Shown in pieces: positions 26,729 through 39,244 of a DNA stretch of 64,000 nt (its first letter is position 1; each line of letters opens with the position of its first letter). Source of the DNA: Octopus vulgaris (Eukaryota). The stretch lies in contig OX597816.1 of NCBI GenBank assembly GCA_951406725.2, positions 64,976,001 through 65,040,000 of the forward strand, written 5' to 3'. The position numbers were made by a program, and so were the translations under genes. The notes beneath the pieces are model-generated. The model saw only the letters and a program-made list of their open reading frames with translations, was not told where the DNA came from and made no database searches.

Positions 26729-26896
26729 GTAGGCGCAGGAGTGGCTGTGTGGTAAGTAGCTTGATTACCAACCACATGGTTCCGGGTTCAGTCCCACTGC
26801 GTGGCACCTTGGGCAAGTGTCTTCTACTATAGCCTCGGGCCGACCAAAGCCTTGTGAGTGGATTTGGTAGACGGAAACTGAATGAAGCCCGTCGTA

Positions 26897-26951
<55 letters not shown>

Positions 26952-27268
26952 ATATATATATATATATATATATAAGTAAAAGCAATTAAGATTCAAGTGA
27001 GTTCTATTGAATTCACATGAATTCAATACATGTGTGTGTGTGTGTGTGTGTGTGTTTGTGTGGCTGTGTTTGTCCCATCCAACATCGCTTGACAACCGAT
27101 GCTGTTGTGTTTACGTCCCCGTAACTTAGCGGTTCGGCAAAAAAGACCGATAGAATAAGTACTGGACTTACAAAGAATAAGTTCCGGGGTCGAGTTGCTC
27201 GAATAAAGGCGGTGCTCCAGCATGGCCGCAGTCAAATGATTGAAACAAGTAAAAGAGAGTAAAAGAGA
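26729..27268 (+). mobile_element. Full SINE family B (two halves split by TA/TG microsatellite)
   Basis: 5' half 26729-26894; 3' half ends GGCGGTGCTCCAGCATGGCCGCAGTCAAATGATTGAAACAAGTAAAAGAG. Confidence 0.9.
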
Positions 27269-27298
27269 CACACACATACACACAAACACACACACACA

Positions 27299-27385
<87 letters not shown>

Positions 27386-27387
<2 letters not shown>

Positions 27388-27912
27388 AAAATATCGTGTA
27401 CATTATAACGCATCAAGTGGCTTCCAAATAGGAAATCTTTGTGCTAGAAAGAGCAATAGAAAACTCAAACCACTAATTAGGGATAAATTCTCGAAAGGAA
27501 TGAAAATTAAAAACGTTTACCACCTCATTTAGTTCCTAGACCATGGTTTCTAACTAATTCCAGTAAAAAAATGTTTACTGAGGCTAGTTTGCGCCGGAAA
27601 TAATCTGCATCTACGCAGTGGTTTGAAAAGTTAAGATATACAAGCGGCTAGTTTACATGTGGATCTAGTTGTGTGTATATTTGAAATCTAAAGGCTCCCT
27701 ACTGACGAAAACTAGCCTCAGTAAAAATGTTGTACTGGAATTAGTTAGAAACTATGGTCTAGGAACTAAATGAGATGTTACACGCTTTTAATTTTCATTC
27801 CTTTCGAGAATTTATCCCTAGTTAGAGGTTTGAGTTTTCTACTGCTCTTTCTAGCACAAGGCTTTCCTATTTGGAAGCCTCTTGATGTGTTTTAATGTAC
27901 ACGATATTTTTA
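27386..27912. repeat. Long inverted repeat (~205-bp arms, ~118-bp spacer)
   Basis: 27386-27590 is the reverse complement of 27709-27912 (roughly 90% identity by eye). The left end abuts (TA)n. Confidence 0.95.
27698..27763 (+). ncRNA. Type I hammerhead ribozyme in the IR right arm
   Basis: CCTA CTGACGA A AACTAG..TTAGTT A GAAA CTATG GTC TAGG. Stem I CCTA/TAGG; stem III ACTATGGT, which is the perfect palindrome ACCATGGT in the other arm. Stem II closes with A.A. Confidence 0.7.
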
Positions 27913-27999
27913 TGTGAATAATATATAGTCTATTGACTTATTCTTTTTTGTGCTAGGCTACTGGTAATAATAATTTCTATAATACTTATTACCCTAATG

Positions 28000-28072
<73 letters not shown>

Positions 28073-28075
28073 TAA

Positions 28076-28482
28076 GAATAAGAAATGGAGTTAACGCAGG
28101 TGTAAACAAATATTTTTACTTTCGACACATGTTTCGAAAATTCCACTGATACTATTCAAAAGAATAAATGGTATAAACAATGCAATCTTCTCTTCGGGAA
28201 AGTGAAAAAAACGAAACTCGTCAATACGACATTTTAGCAAAAAAATGATGGATTTGTATAGCGATAGACAGAACGCTATTAATATGGATTTGGTAGACGG
28301 AAACTGAAAAAAGTCTTTTGCTAAAATGTCGTATTGACGAGTTTCGTTTTTTTCACTTTCCCGAAGAGAAGATTGCATTGTTTATACCATTTATACTTTT
28401 GAATAGTATCAGTGGAATTTTCGAAACATGTGTCGAAAGTAAAAATATTTGTTTACACCTGCGTTAACTCCATTTTTTATTC
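28076..28482. repeat. Near-perfect inverted repeat (167-bp arms)
   Basis: 28076-28242 versus 28316-28482, about 2 mismatches. The 73-bp spacer includes a SINE B fragment. The left end abuts (TA)n. Confidence 0.97.
28355..28440 (+). ncRNA. Hammerhead motif with CCGAAGA core variant (mirror copy on minus strand, 28118-28203)
   Basis: ACTTTC CCGAAGA GAAGATTGCATTG..CAGTGGAATTTTC GAAAC ATGT GTC GAAAGT. Six-bp stem I ACTTTC/GAAAGT. Confidence 0.7.
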
Positions 28483-29959
28483 ATATTATTCAAATATTCA
28501 ACGTAAATACGAAGTTTCTACCTTTATAAACAAGGAGTTACAACAACTTTACTTGTAAGATTTTTGCTGCCCTGGTAACTATTTATTTATTTTTCCGTGT
28601 TAATTGTTAACAAGGTAAAAATACACTCATCTATTTATACAGAAAAAAAAACAATATGAAAAACACAGAAGATTCGTTTTGTTTTACAAGACTAAAGAAT
28701 ATAGTACGAACATAATAGCAAACATATTATTCAATATTGCACCAATTAAGATTTTTTCTTATAATATAATAACCGTTTTCGCTATCCCTTTGCAAATTTT
28801 GATGAAATTCTGAATTAGACATTTCGTTTGCTGTAGGAGGCGTGATAATTGGTAACCAAGGTATTTTTCAGTAAAGGTATTTTTCAGACCAGAAAAAAAC
28901 GGGACACACGTTGGAACTTGATACACAGGAGAAACCGAAGGTAATCTATAATATAAATTAGACATGGGCGATCGTATTCTTTTGTTGCCTTGAGGTTCAC
29001 AACCAAACGGCTGAGTGGATTCGTATGAAAAATGGCACACATATGGAGACGGGTGCATAGAATGGAATGCTGTTTGTATTGTTTTCTTAGCCCCCATACT
29101 TACCGAGAAAATCTATTAAAACATTTTCTAATGGAATTCCCCTGTTGCTTCTGTTATTAAAACAACCAGTTGTTGACACAGCCGCCATATACCATTTCGC
29201 TAGCAACAAGGGGAGTACAGGATGACAGTCAACCAAAGCTTTCGCTATGCTGTTTCTCTTCTTTCACCTCTTTGTGAGGTTAATAATCTTAATCTTTCGT
29301 TACAGTTTCTGATTCAAACTACATAATAGGCAGAATTATCGGATTAAGACACTAGATTGCTTTGAGGGAGATTTGGTTACTATTTCTACCAGGTTTAGCT
29401 ACCATGTAGAGGTCTGAACTTAATTTTCATTCATATATTTGCATTTCAAAAATTTAACAATCTTTTCCATAAATCAACTATCGCAAACACATACACACTC
29501 GCAAGCACGCACGCACACACACATACACACTCGCAAGCACGAACACACACACACACACATAAACACACACATACGTCCATTTCATATATCTTCTTTCAAT
29601 TTCAGTTCTTTGCAAATAAAATTCTTACGGATACAACTGCTTACAGAAATAGGGATTAATGTATAATTTCTTTCTATGTTCATAATTAAATCAATGTTTG
29701 AATGATTAGACAGAATCCAATACAACAGCTCTCAGAAACAGACTACGTACAAATTACTTCTTCACAACTCATGAAGCTGTTTCCTGACAGGGGAAGTCAC
29801 GAAATTTTCATACAGCTGGAGGTTCCAATCGAAAAAAGGGATCCAAAATGATACGGTTGAGAAACGCTGTTATAGATTATGCCTAACCGAAAACGATCAC
29901 AGCCTCATCATCCAAACAGACCAGGTGAAACCGAGTTTAGCTGCTAGTTAACTTATATA

Positions 29960-31239
29960 AATCCCTATCTACCATAAAGATCGATATCCTATCTAAAGGG
30001 CTAAAATCCACCCCAACTCCACACAGAGCTAACCAAAATGTGGAGTAGGGCTGTATTTCAGAATTTTGCAGGAAATTAAGGCTTACAGAAGCACTGGCCT
30101 ATTATAATAGAGACAGCAGTGAACACATCCCCCACAAAGAAAGAAAGAAAAATCTCGACGAATTTTGCAGCCACATCGAAAACTTCCCCTACCACACCTT
30201 ACACAAACAAAAAAATAATTTCAAACTTCAGTACCATCCATTGGAAAGAACTAACAGAACTACAAACCAATGAAGAACTAACAATCAAAGAATCAGATAA
30301 AGGGAGTGCAGCGGAAGTAATGGACACATTATACTACAAAAATCTGGTAGTATCCAGACCAGATAATGACGAACACTACCAAGAAATCAATGATTACACC
30401 CTACAAAAAATAATGAAAAACTTCTTTTCACTAATCCAAACCCACGGAAAAGACCTAACAAAGAAAGAAATAGCCCGTTTAACAAGCTTTAAATGTAAAC
30501 CCAGCCTATTCTATGCTCTACCAAAAATTCACATAAGCCAAACTATAAATGAAGTTATCAAAAAATCACCAAATAAATACAAACACACATACATACACCA
30601 GCACCAGGAGAATAAAATTACGGCCCATTATAGCTGGATCATCCAGTGAAACACATCGATTAAGTTGCCACATGGACATCCTCCTGGAACCATTTCTAAA
30701 ATACATCAAACGTTATATTAGATATGACTTAGATATGTTAAATCACCTACCGGAAAAGGTCAAGGAAGAAACAATCATGATTATATTTGATGTGATAAAC
30801 CTATACACTATCATACTTCATAATTATGGAACAGAAGTAATCCGGTTCTGGCGGGACAAATATCCAGAAGAAATACTAGAACGGATCGACAAAGTTTTCA
30901 TAATCCAATCACTAAGATTCATCCTTCAAAACAACCACTTCATGTTCGGCTCCACTGTTTATCGTCAAAAATCCGGAATTGCCATGGGATCCAGGGCAGC
31001 CCCGACCATTGCCAACCTAACAATGCGCTATTTAGATATAACAGCATATCAGGAGTCATTTTCTAAATTTGGAAACCCTCTCTCACAATACATAAAAGAA
31101 AATTGGAAAAGATTTTTGGACGATTGCTTCATCTACTGGAATGACAATATAAACTCTCGGAGTTCCAAAGACTTCTTAACAGCATTAACACCAACATACA
31201 ATTTACAATAGAACACAACCAAGGTTAACTCCCATTCCT
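29960..31239 (+). mobile_element. Penelope-like element reverse transcriptase relic
   Basis: LSKGLKSTPTP; SDKGSA..MD; FYALPKIH; LRPIIAG; FDVINLYT; FILQNNHFMF..YRQKSGIAMGSRAAPTIANL; WKRFLDDCF; FTIE..LPFL. Frameshifted and 3'-truncated at (TA)n. Confidence 0.95.
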
Positions 31240-32430
31240 ATATATATATATATAAGCCGTTTTGTTGAGGTATGTCATGTTTGAAACTACTTTTGTGGTT
31301 ATGGTAGTGGGTGTGGTTACGACGATGAATAATGTTTCCCCTCCTCAGTCCCAACATCTCACGCAGAAACAGACCAAATGTACTCGGTGAAAAATATTGT
31401 ATAAAAGAGAAAAAAAAATTATGATGTTATTAGTGGAGATTACTATTTATGGATGATAATTATAATTGATGCGAGGAAATTTTATTCATTGTCTATTTGT
31501 TGTCTTTTGTGATACAACAGCTATATCATGAGATAAAACAGCTATGTATAACTAAAAAATTCGCCACATGGTCCTGGCAGAGACAATGCAAAAGGCGTTA
31601 CACCGAAGGACGGGGAGGGAGTCACACACGAACAGCCACTCCGACACACGGAGGCAACGTCACTTGCAGAAAATACTAATTCTATTTTCTGGTAGTTATT
31701 TAACATCATTATTGGAATACCCATGAGATTTAATTCTACACTTAAAGAGTTAAAGAAATTTTTTAAAAGGAAGAGACTGCTATTATTCTCACCGAGATTT
31801 TTTGAATATCACAGAGTTTCCGTGTCTATATATTCATTATCTCGAGTGAAGATTCTGTATTTATCTGATATCCAGAACATATGCAATTATACTGTTTTTA
31901 AGGCTTTGCTATTAAAATTTTAAGGCATTTTAGCGATCTCTCACAGACTACGGTTCAATGACTGGGGATATTTTGCATCACGCAATCGATATAGATGTAT
32001 TTTTCCAATAGTTCTCAGCACACTGCTGCAGATTAGAATAAAAGATGGAGAACAAGACTTTACTACGGTCATTGATCATCTTTAAAAGAGTCAGTCTAAA
32101 GTTTTGTTTGAAGTTATAATAGGTAATGTTCGATATGAAATGATGCATTTTACTTTCAGTGGAAAATAAAACAAATTAAGTTATCGCATTACATTTAATT
32201 AGTAATAATGCTGCCCCGTTCTAAAGAAAGTGCCAGCAAGATATCATGCGTATGGATGTTTGACTGAGATCGTGTTTTGTGAGTGTCGATTTATGAGAGT
32301 GCGAATGTGTTTATGTGTGTCTGTGAGGTGGGGGGGATAAAATGTGGGGAATCACAACACTTAGAGTGATACACCATTACTTTTCTACTCAATATGTATA
32401 AGTCTATCTAAATATCTATCGATTTATCTG

Positions 32431-32487
<57 letters not shown>

Positions 32488-32673
32488 CGTGTGTCTGTGT
32501 GTCTGTGTATATATATATATGTGTGTGTGTGTATATATATATTTATATATATGTACATATATATGTGTGTGTGTGTGTGTATACATATATATATATTGAG
32601 AGAGAGAGAGATATATACATATATACATAGATGCATGCATACTTATGTATATACATAAATGTATGATTTTAAT

Positions 32674-32707
<34 letters not shown>

Positions 32708-32708
32708 T

Positions 32709-32741
<33 letters not shown>

Positions 32742-33303
32742 CAAATGCACACATATACATGCATACAAACATACGCACATGCATACATACATGTATACAT
32801 ACATACATACGTTCGTACATACATATAGCGAACATCGGTTTGTAGTCTTTGCTATTAAGGATAGTTTCCTTTGTTTGAAAGCGACATGAGATCTATATTA
32901 AACAATTGTACTTAAAAGATAAAAGAGATACATTGAAATTACTCTTTATGAAATCTGAATACAACAATAAATATTTTTCATCTTCTTTAACAATGCAAAT
33001 AGTTCTGAGAAGATCTCGGCCGTTCTTAGAAAATTGTGGGTTGTGTTTACCATTAATTTACTCATATCAGTGAAACGTTATGATTAAATAATGATATTAG
33101 TTTAGTTATTGATTTTTAATGTTCCCTTTGATTCCGATTCTACTGTCTTCCTTTCTTTAGCTATTGGCTCGCTCTCCCCCACACTAATTAATCACCCTCT
33201 ACTATGAAAATATCTGACTGTATGCGGGACTGTACGTGAGTGTAATGAATGTGTCAGTACATATGTGTATATATCTGAACGGGGGAAGATGTGTGTGTAT
33301 GTG

Positions 33304-33349
<46 letters not shown>

Positions 33350-33550
33350 GTGTGTGTGTGTGTAAGCAAAGACTATTACATTCTCTGCAGCGGATTCGTT
33401 CAGCGTATGCTTCACACTCGTTAAACTTACTCCATACTTGTTCGTTTCTAAACTCCTAATGGCAATTTTAATTATACCTCGAAGCGTCCGTCTCTTACCG
33501 GTATGTTGACATATACACGCGCCTGCGTACAAACACACGTGTATATATGC

Positions 33551-33581
<31 letters not shown>

Positions 33582-34179
33582 AATTATACTAACACACACA
33601 ATACACACGCTACTCACTCACACTCTCACACATATATGTATATGTGTGTGCATATAGGCGAATGGATGGATGGGGGATGGGGGATGGGGGAAAAGAAGAA
33701 AGGAGGGAGAAATTTCACATAAATCAGCTGTTACACTTAGCCATTCGGTGTAAACTCTCTCCTTGGATACCTGTCACAGGTAGATCGCTCTGTTAGCAAG
33801 AAGAAATTCTATTTCTATATTACAGATACAAAATAATATGATTAATGCATATGTGATTGTGTGTATGTACGTGTGTGTGTGTGCGTGTGTGTGTGTGTAT
33901 GTACGTGTGTGTGTGTGTGTGTGTAGAATGCCTGTGATTTGGTGGTTTGTGTATTCGGCTCAACATCGTTAGGCCTTGAGTTCGATTAATGGCGGCGCCT
34001 TATGTCATTGAGCAAGACACTTTATCTCATGTTACTGCTGTTCAGTCAACTGGCAAAAAAGAATTGCGCCTGTATTTCAAGAAAGCCAGCCATTCTGTGT
34101 CAAGGTTTCGTGTATCTGTGTGTCTGTGGAGTGTTTAGTCACTTGTCTGGGAACCTTCATCGTCGTAACCAACGGACTG

Positions 34180-34224
<45 letters not shown>

Positions 34225-34435
34225 ATTTGTAAATATGGTTGAGTGTGTCTAGTGAAATGCATGTAAAAAGAAACCTGTATACCTACAAACGTATTCGGCC
34301 ATGTACACTTTTATGTATCAATATAAATTTGTAGGCTATATATCTTAAACCCAATAAACGAAAAAATAAGTTATTTTCTCCGGGCAGCGAGGACAACCCT
34401 TGAAGCTCACAACTGAAAATCTACAAACAGTAATG

Positions 34436-34853
34436 GGATCTTTTCGGTTTGACCGGCAGTTTTTAAAAATAATTTCCACGTAACTGAACACTTTTAAACT
34501 TCGTATACTGGCAGAATGTGTATATAAAGCATATTTTTCTCTTAGCTTTATTGAGAAAATTCTATACTTTGTAAGATATTTGTTGTTTTTTTTCTTCGAT
34601 TTCTGCAATTTCAACCAATCAATGACATCTATTGAGGTGAAAACATTCTGTGCCGTATGAATATGTCCCTCGTTTAAGAAACAGATTGGGTTTATTTACA
34701 TTTCTGAAGAAAAAAAGATACCATTCCCCCCCACCCCTAACCCTAACCCTAAAACAGATTGAAATGCAATATATCGATATTAGGGTTATAATTATGGGTG
34801 ACAATTTCATATGACACCGCTAGAAAAAACTGCCAGTCAAACCGAAAAGATCC
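34436..34853. mobile_element. MITE (418 bp) with ~29-bp TIRs and 8-bp TSD, Merlin-like
   Basis: TIRs GGATCTTTTCGGTTTGACCGGCAGTTTTT and AAAAACTGCCAGTCAAACCGAAAAGATCC. TSD CAGTAATG at 34428-34435 and 34854-34861. Internal (CCCTAA)3. Confidence 0.88.
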
Positions 34854-37021
34854 CAGTAATGAAATAAGCAAGCTATCATTTCAAACCATCAATCTCAGAA
34901 TCAAGGGACGTTACTCGTATTTATTAGATTAGTAATATCTAAGGAAGTTTTTCACAATGTACTGTTAAATCTACTTAGTTCGAACTGATATATAAATAAA
35001 ATTTATTAGGGCCCTGACAATCTTTATTTATAGACATCAATCGCTTAACTACAAACAAGAATGCAAATTGTATTCAGACAGAATTTCGGTCGCTAATTCT
35101 GAATGAACTTAGATACGGTGGAATACGCGTCGGAGCTAGTTATGCAGGAAAATAAGTCTTACTATTGATGTATATGATATAATGTCAGTTTTATTTTATT
35201 TTACAGCAACAATTAATTATTTATATCAATACCCGAACCTACAAAATGTTATAAAATCAGATAACAGGTTTAAGCAAAAACAAACTTAATCTTAATATCT
35301 ATATGAATGTGTGACATTTCTAAGGAAACAAATGATATACATCGTTCATATAAATAAATATACACGCTATGCTTTTAAACCGCTTTTAACTACTTCTAAA
35401 ACAGCAGTACAGTTATTGCCTGTAAACACTTATGTTCGACATAACTATGTTAATTTATCTTAAAACTACTGACGTCCTTCAGTTTGGTTAAAATATATCG
35501 TTGCATTCAGGCTCAGTAAACTAGCAATTGTCATATTCTGGACGCTACGGATCCCGAAATGAGTTATCTCTTTTTTCATACACATCTGCGTAGGAGAAAT
35601 AAGCCTATCTGAGGATATAAACACTTTAACTGCAAAGCGTCACATCTCGATCAGCATTTAATACATTCATGGCCCGCCGAGCCTCTTTGAGTTGACTTCC
35701 ATGTTATACATACACAATACATTCATACACACGCACACACACACACACACAATCATACACACATACTCACATACAGTCACATGAAGTAGACTTTCCTTTT
35801 TTTTTCATTTTGCTTTTTATATCTTCGTATGGATTCCTCGCAGTTCTTTGAAGATTAACTTTTCTAATCTACCATAAACATTTACTGTTTCCATTGATAG
35901 AACAGAGCACAGTCATCAGATCTTTATAGTCTTATCTTCTGGTTGAAGTGTGGCTGGAAAGTATTGCTACCAATTTTTATACTAATCTGCCTCAATAAAA
36001 TGAGTATAGATATCCATACCAGAATCTGAATTTTCACCGTTTCATATCGTATTAGTATATTCAGCAAAATAGTGCTACTTATTTTAATCAAAAGTTTACA
36101 TCTTATGGCATCTAAAGTGCGGACAATCATATTTCAGTGAAAGACTATTATCCAGAAATGAAACTCAATTGAATCTATGGAGGAAAACAATAGCAGAAAT
36201 ATTTATCCTAAAACTCAACTTTTTTGCGTGTGTGTGTGTGCTTGAATCATACTATGAAGGATAGCTTCCATGACATTTGGATGACTGCTGCATTTGACTG
36301 AAGTAGGAAACAAAAAGAAACCTGTCTCATAGGCCGTTGCAGCGATTGACAGCAGACCGAGATGAAACTGGTAAACTGCCTCAGTGCTTGAACGCAACTG
36401 AATTATTCTAAAAGTATCCAACTTCCGATGATGCTATTAAAACGAGTGGAGGACTAGTTCAACTCGAACTGATTCAACCTGGTGCCAGTGTCAATGTAGG
36501 CGCTGTTGCTATAGGAACGTGGAAACGGGAACAGCACATCTTGCCCGTCTATCTAATCGTTCTGCCAAACCATCGTCTGGCATTGGTACTATTTAGTCAT
36601 CTGAAACTATATACGGGAAAGTTGACCTCCCCGGGAATTGAACCCAAAACTCACTCCAAACAAATAACATAAGGCAGTCTATACAGCATTCTAATGAATA
36701 ATTAAAATCATTTTATTTCATGTCTATTACTAATAACATTGAAAGACTTGATCCACTGACAGCAGTGTCGCCCAAGTTACTTTAGATAATCACAACTGCA
36801 CAAGAGTTAAACTATCTCAGCATAATTCATGCAGGGAACACTAAAAAGCTTAGCTAGAAAACAATGATGCGAAAGAAAAAAAAATCCTTTAAGTGCGTGA
36901 GACAACTAGGGATATATTTTGATATTATACTGAATCCAAGAGCGAAGAAGGTTCTTAACTGCACTTTCCTAAGTACTGATCTTTGAACCATTAAATAAAT
37001 TAGCAAAACTGTGCATTGTTT

Positions 37022-37319
37022 TGTTTGTTCCTTCTCGAGCCATGCCTAGTTCATAAGGGCCGGTTTCCCGGTTTCCTTGGCGTATAGGTTCCCCACCTGG
37101 ACGGGACGCCGGTCCGTCGCAGGTGAGCTGCAAGAAGCAGGTAAGAGTGAGAGAAGGCTGTGGCGAAAGAGTCAGCAGAAGTTCGCCATTACCTTCTGCC
37201 GGAGACGCGTGGAGCTTAGGTGTTTCGCTCATAAACACACACATCCCCCGGTCTGAGATTCGAACTCGCGATCCCTCGACCGCGAGTCCGCTGCTCTAAC
37301 GACTAGGCCATATGCCGCC
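37022..37319 (-). mobile_element. tRNA-derived SINE family C with TSD
   Basis: Full copy with direct repeat ACTGTGCATTGTTT at 37008-37021 and 37320-37333. Confidence 0.93.
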
Positions 37320-37761
37320 ACTGTGCATTGTTTAATAAAGGTAAATAGAATTATTTTAAAAATATTCTGATCTCCATAGACTGTTCGCCTTTATATAATA
37401 TATAGAGAGAAAGAGATGGCATCTCATGTAGAAAGTCCTTACCTATTTCTAGTATGTAAGGAAGTATTTTATTTACCCCTGCTGCACATCGCTGTTAATT
37501 CTTAACGCATCGCGCTCTAAAGTGTATAAAGCAATGGTTTACTGTGCTTTGAAGGCTGAAAATACATAGAGTTGCTAGAGGTGCGATAGAATGCCTGGTA
37601 TCGAATCTGGTGGTCTGCAGACTGGGTTCAAATCTTGCCGGGGCTTACTATGCCTTTTATCATTTCTTCGCGGTGAGCAAATATGAAACAGTTAAATACT
37701 AAGCTCTCTCTCTGTCCCCGTATTGTCCCCACTCTTTTTCTCAACCTTATGGTGAATAAAG

Positions 37762-37812
<51 letters not shown>

Positions 37813-38419
37813 CCTCTCTGTTTCTCTCTCTCACTCACTCGCTGATTAGATTTCACAAGAAACCCAAAGATTACAGATGATCGACTAAAGCACCGAGAGC
37901 AACAGGAGTCATAAATAAACTCTCCGGTTTGTTGTGCCCACAGCTCAAGAGATCCGACCGTCTGCAGCTCGACAAGCATGACACTTACATAGTGAGATAA
38001 TCTATTAATTAATTTTAGGCGAAGTTGAAGAATCATTTAATCATTAAGAAATGTGGAAGATACAACCAACAAATTTTAATTAAAATGTCTTTTCTCGCTA
38101 CATAAAATACATCTTCACCGATCTTCGCATTTAGTTCAATTGCAGAGCGTGTCCATGGGTAATTTTGTCCAGGCCGTCAGCTGTTCGCCTTCTTTAAAAT
38201 AAGAAATCAATAATGAATTTAAATTTGCAGTATTGTAGCTTCTTTCTCCTTTCTACTCTAACACTTCTTTGAAATTGTTGACATCAGAATACGGTCTCAT
38301 TGTTAATTACCATTAATATTCTTCTAATTTATCTCTCGATTGCTTCAATTACTATCATCCGAAAATCTCTACCGACAGCCCTACCAACTTCCGCCATTCA
38401 TAACGTCACCATCTCATTC

Positions 38420-38824
38420 AACATCATCACCATCGTCATCATCATCATCATCATCAGCTTCTTCTTCTTCTTTTTCTTCTTCTTCTTCTTCTTCTTCTTC
38501 TTCTTCATCAGCTTCTTCTTCTTCTTCTTCATCAGCATCATCATTATCATTACCATATTCTTCATCATCATCATCATCGTTTTCATCATCATCATCTTCT
38601 TCTTCTTCTTCTTCTTCTTCTTCTTCTTCTTCTTCTTCTTCTTCTTCATTATCATCGTTATCCTCATCATCATCATCATCATCATCTTCATCATCCGCAT
38701 CCGCATCATCATCATATTCTTTTTCTTCTTCTCCATCATCATCATCATCACCACCGACCCCATCATCATCATCTTTCTATTATTATTATTATTATTATTA
38801 TGATTATTATTATTATTATTATTA
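38420..38824. repeat. Compound (CAT)n/(CTT)n/(TAT)n microsatellite
   Basis: Directly visible; produces the poly-S/F/K/M ORFs. Confidence 0.98.
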
Positions 38825-39183
38825 GGCGGCGAGCTGGCAGAATCGTTAGCGCGCTGGGCAAAATGCTTAGAGGTATTTCGTTTGTCCATTTGTTCTGAGT
38901 TCAAATTACCCCGGGGTCAACTTTACCTTTCATTCTTTCAGAGTCGATAAAATAAGTACCAGTTACGCACTGAGGTCGATGTAATTGAATTGTATCCTCT
39001 CACCAAATTTCAGGCTTTTGTGCCTATAGTAGAAAGGCTTCTTCTTCTTCTTCTTCAGCTGGTATTTATTTTTATCGACCCACAAAAGACCTCGGCGGAA
39101 TTTGAACTCAGAACGTAAAGAGTGACGAAATTCCGCTTAGTATTTTGCCCATCGTGCTAAGGAGTCTGTCAGCTCGCTGCCTT
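38825..39183. mobile_element. Two SINE family A copies, tail to tail (+ 38825-39040; - 39057-39183)
   Basis: Head GGCGGCGAGCTGGCAGAATCGTTAGC and its reverse complement. Confidence 0.85.
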
Positions 39184-39189
39184 ACAATC

Positions 39190-39230
<41 letters not shown>

Positions 39231-39244
39231 TGATGATGAGGATG

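Noticed and set aside
38300-38904. 161-168 aa poly-S/F/K/M ORFs
   Set aside because: Translations of a compound trinucleotide microsatellite, open in several frames.
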